DNA from: Strigamia acuminata
Taxonomy: Eukaryota
Assembly (NCBI GenBank): GCA_949358305.1
Contig: OX442314.1
Location: forward strand, 1,798,001 to 1,862,000
Direction of reading: 5' to 3'
DNA: 64,000 bases
A program made the translations under genes and the position numbers. Below, in pieces: positions 1 to 11,325 of the stretch (the stretch's first letter is position 1; each line of letters begins with the position of its first letter). The notes beneath the pieces were generated by a model. The model was not told the DNA's origin, made no database searches, and worked only from the letters and a program-made list of their open reading frames with translations.

Positions 1-339
1 CGTGCGGCGAACACGGCGTGTTGGACGCTTCAAGTCCCGACCGGCGACAGCATTGCTGCGTCGGTCCTTCGGGTCTCAACTACGATCGGCATTGCAAAGA
101 AGGTCGGAACACGACCGTTCGCCATGCTGGTCAAGAATCAACTGTCGGGCTTCTGCGGGGCCCACCACTTCCGGAAGGGGCACTTCCGGTTCCCAATTGG
201 CCGGAGCCAAATGACCAACAGCTCCACCTGGTGCGGGGGACCGCGCCAGGTCGCGCACGAGAAACACACGAGGTGCGCGAGAGCTGGGAAGCGCCGTGTG
301 TTGCAGTGAAGTGACACAGCCTGAGTGGGCAGCTGGTCA

Positions 340-620
340 CAAATTGAATGCATTTTAATTTAGTTTGAAACTTGTGAAGTGTGGCAATAAATAATTTACG
401 ATCAAATATCTCTGAAATGTCATTTTTTTTTGCCTGCGCGCAACAGTCGCGCGGGGTCAAGGGCAATTATGCCGGAATGTCCGGACGATCCGTTGCGTCG
501 TCGTCGTCGCTGCTCTTACATGCACTTATACCAACACCCAACGACCTTATGATGTAAAAATGTAAATAAAGTGAAAAATGAACCTTTTAAGATGGAAAAG
601 CGTAAATTATTTTAATTTGT
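340..620 (-). pseudogene. RNF216-like 5' fragment (exon 1/intron 1 remnant)
   Basis: Closely matches 9707-9920 and the exon-1/intron-1 regions of the fuller RNF216-like copies; truncated. Confidence 0.6.
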
Positions 621-714
621 AAAAATGTAAATAAAGTTTAAACCGATGAAATTTTTCGATGAGATAAATTTAAAATTGTGCGCTAAGACGCGCCGTTGTT
701 TGATTTGTCTTTGC

Positions 715-1030
715 TTATTGATACAAATTTGGATTTTGCCGGCAGGTAGAGCAACTGCATCCGTATTTACCAACACAACCATCACAACCACCGCCCACAT
801 CATTTTCACAACCTTTATTGCATTCAGCTTCGAAACCAGATGACCAAACGGTTAAGGTTGGATGTCCCAACCACCCGGAAACGTCGCGTGTAAATAATAT
901 AATTCAAATAGTTTGTCCATTTCTCAAGAAAAGTTTGTATATGTATCCGTGACCATTAGTCTGTCTTGACCAGGGCGCTAAGCAGACCGTTCGCGACCAG
1001 CCGACCAACAAGATCGAGATATTACCCTTT
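715..1030 (-). pseudogene. Degraded Cys-rich peptide gene (second family)
   Basis: Minus frame reads ...DVSGWLGHPTLTVWSSGFEAECNKGCENDVGGGCDGCVGKYGCSCSTCRQNPNLYQ* (stop 717-715). No clean ATG or splice acceptor was found. A diverged copy lies at ~9985-10100. Confidence 0.5.
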
Positions 1031-1258
1031 ATTTTTGGTTGAAAAAAAAAAACAAAAAAACCAAACAGCTCGGATTGCATGAAGTGCAGAGCCACAAAGT
1101 AAACAAATATCAATTTTAAAACAAAAAAGTCGTAATCAATTTTTTATTATTTCTTTAGCATGTGTTTCCATTGATTTTTCATATTGATAAAATGTCTACT
1201 TTTTATTCTGGTGCTGGTGCCCAGTTCGTCTCTTGTTTGGACACACGTGCTTATTTTC

Positions 1259-1495
1259 TCAATCCTGGTCGTGGTCACAATTGCAGTTATCGTCGTCGTC
1301 ACAATGACCGTCTCTTTGATGATCATTCTGACATTGATCTTGGCATTCATTTCCGTCACACGCATTTGCTGTCATGGCTAATCGGATGAAAACATGTCGA
1401 TGCTAAAAAAATTAATAGATTATTTTTCATGCAAAATATAACTTACCCATGAACGACAGAATTACAAGGAACAAGATGAATGCTAGATATTTCAT
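1259..1495 (-). CDS. Secreted CS-alpha/beta (defensin/toxin-like) peptide 1, strongly anionic, 55 aa
   Basis: Exons 1495-1447 and 1377-1259 with a 69-nt GTAAGT...TAG phase-1 intron. Translation: MKYLAFILFLVILSFMAMTANA-CDGNECQDQCQNDHQRDGHCDDDDNCNCDHDQD*. Cys pattern C-x4-C-x3-C-x9-C-x5-C-x-C; AATAAA downstream. Confidence 0.8.
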
Positions 1496-2496
1496 TTTCG
1501 ACTGATGAAACAAGTTGGAGAAACAAATTGACCGGTGGCTTGTGCAAGATTTTGTTAGCAGGATGTGACTGCTCCAGATTGCCTTAGTTGATATACACAA
1601 AATGTAATTACAGTTAATGGCCATGTGTGGAATTCAATTGTTTCTATTCACTTGATTTCATTACACAATAACTTTTAATGTTTTAATTAATTAAAATGAA
1701 TTGATAGCTGAGTAACAATCAGGAAAATGCAATTAAACTATACTTGACACGAGTTAAGGTTATTTAAATTTTAAATTCTGAATTCTAAATTCTACTCCGT
1801 AATTTATAATTAATAATTTATCAATTGATTCTTACTTTTCCCGAGCCATTTTTAATCCAAAACTAAAAAAAAAAATTCAAAAATTGATGTAAATGATTCT
1901 ATCCTTTGACTATTTCATATTTATGTTGAAATTTAACCAATTTGTTATACATTTTCGAAAGAAGTGTGACAAATATAATTGAGATTGAAAGCAAAAGTAG
2001 TGGGTAAACAATGAACATTTCATGGATTTTTTTTAATTTTAATTTTTCGATCAATCTAATTTTTTTTAATTGTTTGATTTCGATCCACCAGCGCAGTCGA
2101 ACCACGCACGTGCGAGTGCCACGTCGGCGCGTGGCACCAGCAGACGTCGATGAGGTCAAGGTAGTGCCCAAGAGCGCTGTTAACAGGCGCAAGAGATATT
2201 TGTTGAGGAAACACACTTATTCGGCGCCGGATTCGTTGGAGGATTCCACGCCGTTTGCTCATCGCTTAGCGGTTACGTATTACCTGGATAGCAAGTAAAC
2301 GAACGGGAAGCGTTCATGGCAGGGACTGTCGATGATTGCTGTTGTGATTGCTGTTGTGTTTGAAGTGTTCGCGCTTGTTGTTACATGATTTTGCCATGTT
2401 GTTTGCAGTAGCAAATAATGCGATTAGCAAATTGATCGCAGCAAATATTCTTCGATTAATTCGTGCAAAACTCCGTTTTTATTCGCCTTTTTTTGA

Positions 2497-2880
2497 CGTG
2501 CAGGTGGCGAAAGAAAAAAAAAGGAATAAATGAATAAAATGCTAATTTCGTTTGTAAATGAAGGTTGTGCAAGGAAGCGAACCATCTCCCGCTGCGCTGC
2601 GACGAGATTGAGTAGAAATCCAAATTGCAGTTTCGCACATACATCGAGGACCGGACGGACGGGTTGCTGCGCACGTGTCCGGGCATAACAATGGCGATTG
2701 AACAATACGTGCATCAGAACGTTTTACCGCCCAACGTCATGCGCAAGATCCAGGAGGAGGAGATCCAGCGTTCCGACATCAGACTTCGAGTCATGCCCGC
2801 ACTGGTCCTTCTTGCCTCGACTTCTTGGCGCCCTCCTGCACCTAAAGCCGATGCCGTTCATCGTCGTTGGAAAATTGAGG
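2497..2880 (+). pseudogene. RNF216-like scrambled IBR/RING2-region fragment
   Basis: QFRTYIEDRTDGLLRTCP and NVMRKIQEEEIQR match the fuller copy, with stops and rearranged order. Confidence 0.7.
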
Positions 2881-3470
2881 ACACCTGACAAGCGAATTGA
2901 AATGAGATTGATTAACTTTTGTGACTCATCAATCATTGACTTACCTTCCGTTCTCCAAATGCTTGTAATCCTCGATGGCCTCGCGACACACGTGGCCGCA
3001 CGTGCACGTCATCGAATTGCAGCCATGTTGTTTGATGATATGGCGTTTGCACCGGGTCCACGTACGTAGAAACGCGTCGTCATCTAGTCCTTGACATAAG
3101 TGCCGAACTGCACTTCGGGTTTCTGCTCGATTTCGTTGCAGTGCAGCGGGAAATGGTTCGGTTGCTTGCACAATCTTCATTTACAAACAAAATTAGCATT
3201 TTAATTATTATTTTTTTTTCTTTCGTCACCTGTACGTCACTTTGACACAGTCGGGGTTGAGGCAGCGGAAGATCTTGAGGTTCGCGTCCGGAATGATGGT
3301 TCAGAAAGAGCAGTGAGGACACGACTCGAGGTCCGGGTTGTCGGCGCGTCTCCTTCTGAATCTTGCACACCACGGTAAAACATTCTGCAGCTCGCAGTAC
3401 TGGTCGAGGCATGCGAACTGGTAATATAATTGTCCTGACCGATGTGCATCTCTGCTTGCATGTGGCTGTG
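2860..3470 (-). pseudogene. RNF216-like RING1-IBR-RING2 fragment, inverted relative to its neighbour
   Basis: QAEMHIGQ... and RCKRHIIKQHGCNSMTCTCGHVCREAIEDYKHLENGR, with frameshifts. Confidence 0.75.
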
Positions 3471-3539
3471 CGAGCACTGCAGAAATGGATGTATTATAAG
3501 TGCCGGTTATTAAATTTATCCGAAGTTTAATTAATTACT

Positions 3540-3995
3540 CAGAAATACCTGACTCAATTTGCTGCTACCAAATTAAATCAATAAAACCGCCGGTTTTATT
3601 GATTTAATCTCGTGTTCTTTTTAAACAGAAGCCGATAGGCTCTTAGCCCTTTTCGTCCGACATTCGAAAATGAAAGCCGAAACTTGCACAGCTCGATGAG
3701 ATGAATTCGAAATCTCACGCGCTGAACTCGCGCCGTTGTGTTTGATTTGTGTTTGAATTGTTTGTTGATACAAAGTTGAATTTCGTCGGAAGATGGACCG
3801 CTAGACGGAGATCGATCGGTCGCAACCATTCGACCAACAAAATTATATGCGCCTCCATATTTCCAGTTGAAGATAAAACCCAAACGGCTTTCTCGAACTC
3901 CGTGAAACACAGAGCCACCAAGTAAACAAATCAATTTTAAAACACAAAGTTCCGAATCAATTTTTTTTTTAATTTAACACATGTTTCCATTGTTT
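3540..3995 (-). repeat. Dispersed ~450-bp cassette spacer (also ~22310-22870 +, ~30170-30600 +, partial ~35840-36085 +)
   Basis: Shared sequence gtggctctgtgtttcacggagttcgagaaagccg...gtttcggctttcattttcgaatgtcgga. It resembles a deletion derivative of 620-1170. Confidence 0.75.
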
Positions 3996-4167
3996 ATTTT
4001 TGTCACACGTCTAATGATGTAATGTGAAGATGTGCAATTTCTTCTCTTTAGTTGCAGGTTGTTTTGTTAGTAAAGGTCTAGTAAATAAAGCAGTCCATCC
4101 GTATAACGTTTTACATTTGACTTTATTTGATTTTATTCGAGAACAAAGTCGTTGCCGAGTAGAAGAT

Positions 4168-4656
4168 TGTTAAATTTGAAGTAAATAAAAGATATTCAAA
4201 TTTACCAATCAATTTCTAAAGTCCTTGACTACAAGTGGATGTAACAGTTGAAAATCGCGTTGAAGTCCAAGATGGCGTTGGAGTATAAAAGAAGCACGAC
4301 CACACAGTTTAAGTTGAAAAAGTACACTGAGTTTATTCTATTCATAAAAGGAAAAGGAAATGCAAATGACACGGTTCACAGAACCAATCACAAGCATCCG
4401 TAAGATAGGGGAATGACGTGTTCAGGTGGAGGAATGCAAACGGATTAAAAAGGATTAACAATTTGAGATTCCAATAAAAATGAACAGGTCAGAACATACA
4501 AATGAAAATAAAAGACATATTATAACAAATTGGCAAAATCACAAATTCAATATCAAATTCTCGAACAAAAAATGGAAATACAAAGTAACAACATAAATAC
4601 AACAATATTAATACGACTCAAATAACAATTCACACGTAAAATCATCGATTTTCACA
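4168..4656 (-). mobile_element. BEL/Pao-type solo LTR (489 bp)
   Basis: TG...CA termini (tgttaaatttg...gattttcaca) similar to the LTRs at 12168 and 18120. 5-bp TSD AAGAT at 4163-4167 and 4657-4661. The empty site is visible in the paralogous segment at ~24780. Confidence 0.9.
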
Positions 4657-5137
4657 AAGATGTCCGAGTTGGCGTCGCTGTAGTCGGAGTCGCGGCACGA
4701 GGCGTACGAAACATTCTCGTCCGAGCGACACAAACTTTGCTTGTCGCTACATTCGCACTCGGACGCTGTTGAATCGATGCACATCAGACGAAATTTAGCT
4801 CTGAAAGTCGTCGTCTTCTTCTTCTTCTGCAGAAATCAAATTGAATTGATAGTATATGAAGTGCTAATCATGTAAATAATTATAAAGTCAAATTCCAAAT
4901 CGAATTAACGGTCATTTATTATGAATTTAAAATAAAAGTGAGAAGTAAAATAGAATTTCTGTTTATGTACACGACGACCAATCAATCAATCCATCGATTT
5001 CAAACAACAAACAATGAAGAATGTTTGTGTTCACAACGTCTTTGGATGCCAAAGAGAAAAATGAATTACTACGACGACGACCACTTGCCTCACTTCTTCC
5101 GGTTGTTCTTTTTGCCTGTCAAATTGAATTGTTGTCG

Positions 5138-8100
5138 TTAATTGGACGCACGAACGAAACGACGAGTACCTGCGTTGTCCGCCGCTTGTGTCGCTGGTGC
5201 AACAGGCCTGAGCAGAGTTCTCGGCGGGGGTCTGGGCGGGAGCACGGGCAGGGTCCTGGGCGGAGGCCTGAGCAGAGGCCAGAGCGGAAGCCTTGGGAGG
5301 GCCCTCGGCGGGGGTCTGGGCAAGAGTATGGGCATGGTCCTGGGCAAGGCCCTGGGCAGGAGTCTGAGCGGAAGCCTGGGCGGATTCCTCGGCACAGGTT
5401 GTACTGGTCGGATAATGGCATTGGCATTGGCATTGGCATTGGCATTGGCGTTGGCGGCGACCATCCGTTGGGCTTGGGCTTGCTGCTGCTGCATGAGTCG
5501 CTGGAAGGCGATTTGGCCACGCCCGTTGACCATGGGCATGAAGCCTTGCACGTACTGCTGCTGAGACTTCTGCACGGCCGCGAACGGCGTTTTGGTCGGG
5601 TCGTGGCGCAGCTCGACCGCCTGCGCTTCCGGATGCGTCTCGATGTACTCTTGCTTTGCCTTCTTGGCGCCCTGCTCCACCTCCAGCCGATGCATTTCGG
5701 CGTCGTTTGAGAATTTGGGACACCTGAAGTCGGAGTAATTCATTAATTGGCATTCCATTTCAATCATTAACTCACCGTCCGTTGTCGAAATGCTTGTAGT
5801 CCTTGATGGCCTCGCGACACACGTAGCAGAAGATCTGGCCGCACGTGCACGTCATTTTGTTGCAGCCGTGTTCTTTGACGATGCCCCGCTTGCATTTGGG
5901 ACACGTGCGCACCAACGCGTCCGTCATCTGGTCCTCTACGTAAGTGCGGAACTGAACTTCCGGTTTCTGCTCAATCTCGTCGCAGCGCAGCGGGAGGTGG
6001 TTCGGTTCCTTGCACAACCTTCATACATAAACTAAAATAGCATTTCATTTATTCCTTTTTTTATTTTTACGTCACCTGCACGTCACTCTGAGACATTCCG
6101 GGTTGAGGCAGCGGAAGATCTTGAGGTCCGCGTCCGGAATGATGGCGCAGAAAGAGCAGTGAGGACACGACTCGAGATCCGGGATGTCGGCGCGCCGGAT
6201 CTCCTCCTCCTGCATCTTGCGTACGACGTTAGAAAACACATTGGGTGGTAAAACACTCTGCAGGACGAAGGGCGGGAACTCGTGCTCGCAGTACGGGTCA
6301 AGGCAGGGAAAGTGGTAATTGCCCTGGCCGATGTGCACCTCGGCGTGGCGCCGGATGCACGATCTGCAGAACAAGTGCCCGTCCGTGCACTGCAGCATGT
6401 CCTCCAAGAGCACTTCGTCCTCGAAGCAGCAACTGCACTCCATCAGTTCGTCGTTTGCCTTCGCCACTTCGATTTTACTTAAACGTTCCGCTTCCTTGTC
6501 CTTCTTGTATTCTAGAAAAGAAATGACATGTATTTGCACGACACGAGTTTTGCTTTTTAAACTGTACGAATGATCCTGTCTTCTATCTCGATGAACAACT
6601 TCTCTTTGTAGAAGAGTTCGTCGATTTGTTGCGGCATCAATTTCAGGGGGCTCCTCACCTTCTTTTTCCTCAAGTTCTCCCTCCTTTTCTTGATTAACGG
6701 TTCTGTAATTAATCGAATCAATCACGTAAGTTGATTATTTTGTGACCGTTTGGCCACCCAAAGGTACGAAGTGTCGCTGACACACACTGCCCAATGGCCC
6801 CGAAGTAAGCCCGGTATCTTGATGCTAAATTCTTACTGCGCAGCGCAGGCGATTTTCTAATTCCACTTGTTATTTAGTAGTATTAAGCCTAATATTAGAC
6901 CTAATATGCTAAAATAAAGTAAATAAAACAACAATAAACTCATCATTAAAAGTAATTTGTGACCAAAATATTGGCCAGTTAGACGGTAGATCTCCAACCA
7001 CTAGTTGGAGATCAACCGAGGAATCCTTTCATCCGTTGTCTAGTACTAGACAACGGATTAAAGGTCACCAAACCCAACAATCTGGAGTTTCTTGTCTTTA
7101 TTTACGTGAGCATGCGTCCCACCCCAGGATATCTTGACCCTAGGGGGAAACGTTCCAGAGCGCATTCATCTCTTTCATGATGGGCGTGAGGTGGAAACGG
7201 TGTTTCTCCATCACTTGCGTCAAATCGTTTTTGTACGCGTATCGGAACTGGTTACTGACGTAGGATTGAACGTGCAACCTGTACGACGCACTCACGACTC
7301 GGTCGTTGTTTTTGAAGAAGTTCTCCGGGTCTGGGAACATCTCCAGGAATTCCTCAACGCTGAACTTTCTGCAAAAAGAAATTCAGTGGAAATGATGACA
7401 AAAATCAATACAAACAACGACAAATCATGAAAAAAACAACAGTAAAAGCGCTTTGTTCATAGAAACACCATAAAAACGAAATAAAATAAACAAAATAAGT
7501 AGAAAACCTTTCGACAAATTTCCGCTTGACCGCCGCCTTTTGAGCTTCGGCCAACTTGGGATACGAACGACTTTCCAACCACCCGTTAACCGTCGCGTTT
7601 ATGTAGTTCACATCGTTCTTCCATCTCTCCAGAAAAGTGCGCAGGTATTCGGGATCAGCGTCCGGAAAGAGCTCTAAAACCAAGTTGACTTTTTCCATCG
7701 TCGCCGACACATTGTTATTCTTTTCCGTAGAAGAGGACGCGATTGCTTCCGGCCCGTTATTCCCGGCATTCGGGGCCTCATTCGTTACTGGAGACGGCGC
7801 CATCCCCTTCATATCGAGCAACTCGCCGACAACTAAGCGTAAGCGCACCCGGTTTGCATTCCCGTGATGCGCCTCCAGATACGCGAGGATTTCCTCCCGG
7901 CTCTTGTTCGGGACGAATCTGCTCACGACCTCAATATCGTTGATTAAATCGTTCAATGTGTTTGGTTGGTTTTCTTCCGGGATGTGCAACGGCGCTTGTG
8001 CGGGTTGCTTTAATTGTTGCGCGATCAAACGATCGTTTACGATGTTTCTTCTATTGGGATTCGGACCAACGGCTCCAACCATCGCGTAAACTTCGTTCCG

Positions 8101-8445
8101 ATCCACCAACAAATCCGGGTGGAGCACTCGAAGCCCGTTAATGATATAATTCACTTCCTACATACAAATTAAATCAGTTTTAATTATTTTGTTTGATAGT
8201 TTGGATTAATTTACGACGAAATACTTCTGTGATGTCGTTTACTTCAACCGTGTGCTGTGGCGCGGAAGGTACGGACGATCCGCAATGTTGTCGTCGTCGT
8301 CGTCGCTGTTTTCTTCAACTGCGTCGTGTGGCGCGGGCGGAACTGCGATCATCCCGGGAATGTGCGGAATGTCGTCGTCTTCGTCGCCGTCTTCATCTTC
8401 GTCGTCACTGTCATCGTCCCATTTAAAAAATTTAACTTTTTTCAT
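5138..8445 (-). pseudogene. RNF216/TRIAD3-like RBR E3 ligase; complete 7-exon structure, damaged 5' half
   Basis: Acidic N-terminus, CUE-like segments (LELFPDADPEYLR), RING1 (CSCCFEDE...CTDGHLFCRSC), IBR (CPHCSFC...CLNPEC), RING2 (CPKCKRGIVKEHGCNKMTCTCG) and a Q/AN/PR-rich tail. There is a frameshift in exon 1 near 8270, and TAG at 7142-7140 replaces the exon-3 donor. Exons 4-7 are open. Confidence 0.8.
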
Positions 8446-9099
8446 CGTTTTTCATTTTTAAATTAAGAAATCAGTGTTATTTTTTGTTGATATCCATAAC
8501 TGTTCTATTCTGTAAAGTGAAACGGGAAGTTAGAACGGCTTTTGCAAGAATTACTCGAATGTTCACCTGGAAATTTGATGCGATCAAGTTCGAGCCGTCA
8601 ATTAAAACAGAGTGGTAGAAAAGTCAAAAAGTAAAAAAACATTTGTTGCAAGAAGAACCCGAAATAGGCTTTCAGGCCTAGATTTGGAAATGTGAGCCAA
8701 AAGTTGTGAGATGACAGTCGTTCTATATCGTTCTCATCCTTTTTGATTATTTTAGTTGCAATATTATTGTTATTATATTCATTATTGTTATTATTATTAT
8801 TATTCGTGAATCGATTTCACGGATTTTGAGAATGAGCGACCTGCATTGTTTCTTCGCCCTCGCTTTTCTTTTTGTTTCCAGGCCTAACTATACATGTAAG
8901 TATCATTCTTCTTCTTCTTTAGTCGTAAACAAAAAATAACTGGTGCAAAATTGCTCACCTTACATCGTAGTGGCGTCGATCTGACTCAAATAATAATAAT
9001 AATAACCGCGAATCTCGTCCAAAACTTCTTTTGAACGGGTTTAAACGACCATTTATGCGTCAGTGAATGCACCTGATACTAAAAATCACATAAAACAAA

Positions 9100-9920
9100 C
9101 AAAATAAAACAAATAACTATAAAACCTTTCTATAAATTCCGTTTAGTCGCCGCCTCTTAGGTTTCGGCCAACCTGGGATACGAGCGATTTCGCCAACCAC
9201 CAGAAGCGTTCGCCACGATGTAATCGACTCTTGCTCTACAAAAGATCGCAGGTATTCGGGATCAGCGTCTGGAAACAGCTCCAAAATCGTGGTTACTTCG
9301 TCCATCGACGTCGACTCTTTTCGGTCGAAGTGGTCGCGATTGCTTCCGTCCCATTTTTCCCGGCATTCGGGGCTTTATTCGCCACAGCATACGGCTCCAA
9401 CTCGTTAATGACGATGCGCACCCGGTTCGGATTCTCGTGAAGATCATCTCCCGGCTCTTGTTCGGAACGAACTTGCTCACCACCTCCACATCGTTCAGCA
9501 ATTCCTCGAACTTGTCTGTTTTCCTCCAGGATGTTCAACGGCGCTTCTTTGGGTTGTTTCAGCCGTTCGGCGATCAATCACGATGTTCCTTCTGTTGGCA
9601 CTTTTACTCCACGATGCAAGCAAGTCGTAAATCTGATTCGGATCTACTACGAAATCCGGATGCAGTTCTCGAAGCGTGTTTACGATCAAAGTCACTCTCT
9701 AGATGCAAATTGAATGCATTTTAATTTATTTTTATGCTTGTGAAGTGTGGCAATAAATAATTTACGATCAAATATCTCTGAAACGTCATTTTCTTCCGAA
9801 ATGTCCGGTCGATCCGTTGCGGCGTCGTCGCTGTTCCTACATGCACTTACACCCAACGAGCTTACGATGTAAAAATGTAAATAAAATGAAAAATGAATCT
9901 TTTACAATGGAAAAGCATAA
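9100..9920 (-). pseudogene. RNF216-like exon 1-2 fragment
   Basis: IVNTLRELHPDFVVDPNQIY, DVEVVSKFVPNKSRE and ILELFPDADPEYLRSF fall in shifting frames. Confidence 0.8.
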
Positions 9921-10649
9921 ATCCGATCGGTGAGATGAATTTGAAATTTCGCGCGCTAAGACGCGCCGTTGTTTGATTTGTCTTTATTTATTGATACAAA
10001 TTTGAATTTTCCCGGGAGGTGGAGCAACTGCATCCGTTTTCATCATCACAACCATCCTAACATCAGCATCATCTTCACAGCCTTTATTGCATTCAGCATT
10101 GTGAATTGGTATTGCATATCGATTTGGTTACAGTTACTGGTTTGTTACTTGATTGGTTTTAATTAAAAAGAATTGGGTGTAATATCCGGTTTTAAAAACG
10201 TAATTACAATCTTGCTGTTTTTAAGATACTTTTTTTAATGGAGAATGTAAATCCGGTGTTTTGTTAAATTTAGAAAATTTCAATTGTTTTCCTTTAAATT
10301 TTATTCAAATTCAATCATCTTCCCTAAAAAAAAAACACCAACTTCCGCAAACACAACCCACGAAACCACATGTAAAACCCAAACAAACCAACTCGAAAAC
10401 AAACAAAACCAAAAATAAACAAAATTCCCACAAAAATGGCTGACCACAATGACAATACGCCTAATTAGTCTTGGTTTATTGCTGATGAATTTACGACTCC
10501 CTCAAGGCCCCACATTTAACCGGAAACATTCGAATATAATCATTATGATTGTGTTTTGAGTGTGAATCAGTGAATTCTAAAGGCCCTAGGTAATATTAGG
10601 GGCTCTAGGTCAATATTAGAGGCCCTAGGTCAATATTAAGGGCTGTGAG

Positions 10650-11077
10650 AATGACAAGGACGACGCCACTGCGAATCGTCCGCAAATGTTCGTTGCACCC
10701 GTTGAAGAAAAGGACGACGACGACGACGTGGAAAATCGCCGCTGCACGATCGCCGTTGCACCGGCGCCACAGAAAACGACATTACAGAAGTATTTCGTCG
10801 TAAATTAATCCCAACTATCAAACAAAATAACTAAAATGCATTTAATTTGTATGTAGGAAGTGACTTACGGGCTTCGAGAGGTCCACCCGGATTTCTTGGT
10901 GGATCCGAACGAAGTTTACCAGTTGATTAAAACCGTGAATGCGAATCCAAACCGAGAAAACATCATCATCTATCGTTTGATCGCCGAACGGCTAAACGAA
11001 ACCGAGCAAGCGCCGTCGCACATCCCGGAACAATGTACACACAAGATCAACGAATTCATCAACGACGTGGAAGTGAT
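10650..11077 (+). pseudogene. RNF216-like exon 1-2 fragment
   Basis: ENDITE|gt...ag|EVTYGLREVHPDFLVDPNEVY...INDVEV; it then abuts an inverted exon-3 piece. Confidence 0.8.
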
Positions 11078-11217
11078 TAAATCACCGTCAGTGGGCAACA
11101 CTTTACATAGCGCATTCATCGGGCGTGAGGTGGAACGGTGTTCAGTGCTGGACTGGCAAGGCGGGCTACCGGGAGTTTCCCGGTGGCCCGTGGCTCGGTG
11201 GCCCGTGGCCGACCCGC

Positions 11218-11325
11218 TCGATCCGCCGTCGCCCGTCCCGTCCCGATCCGCCGTCGCCCGTCCCGTCCCGATCCGCCGTCGCCCGTCCCGTCCCGATCCG
11301 CCGTCGCCCGTCCCGATCCGCCGTC
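11218..11325. repeat. Subterminal GC-rich tandem repeat of the hAT element
   Basis: About 4-5 copies of gatccgccgtcgcccgtcccgtccc. Confidence 0.85.

Noticed and set aside
1..335. GC-rich overlapping ORFs at the window start
   Set aside because: No recognisable motif in any frame, and truncated by the window edge.
940..990. Macin-like C-x3-WSR motif (VCLAPWSR)
   Set aside because: It lacks the following Cys, probably lies in a frameshifted leader, and is separated from the Cys-rich exon by a stop; too weak for a family call.
1184..1381. Hydrophobic membrane-protein-like ORF on the + strand
   Set aside because: Antisense shadow of the Asp-rich peptide exon, which has splice sites and paralogs.
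5021..5753. Several long overlapping ORFs in both directions
   Set aside because: Alternative frames of the GC-rich repetitive last exon of the RNF216-like gene.
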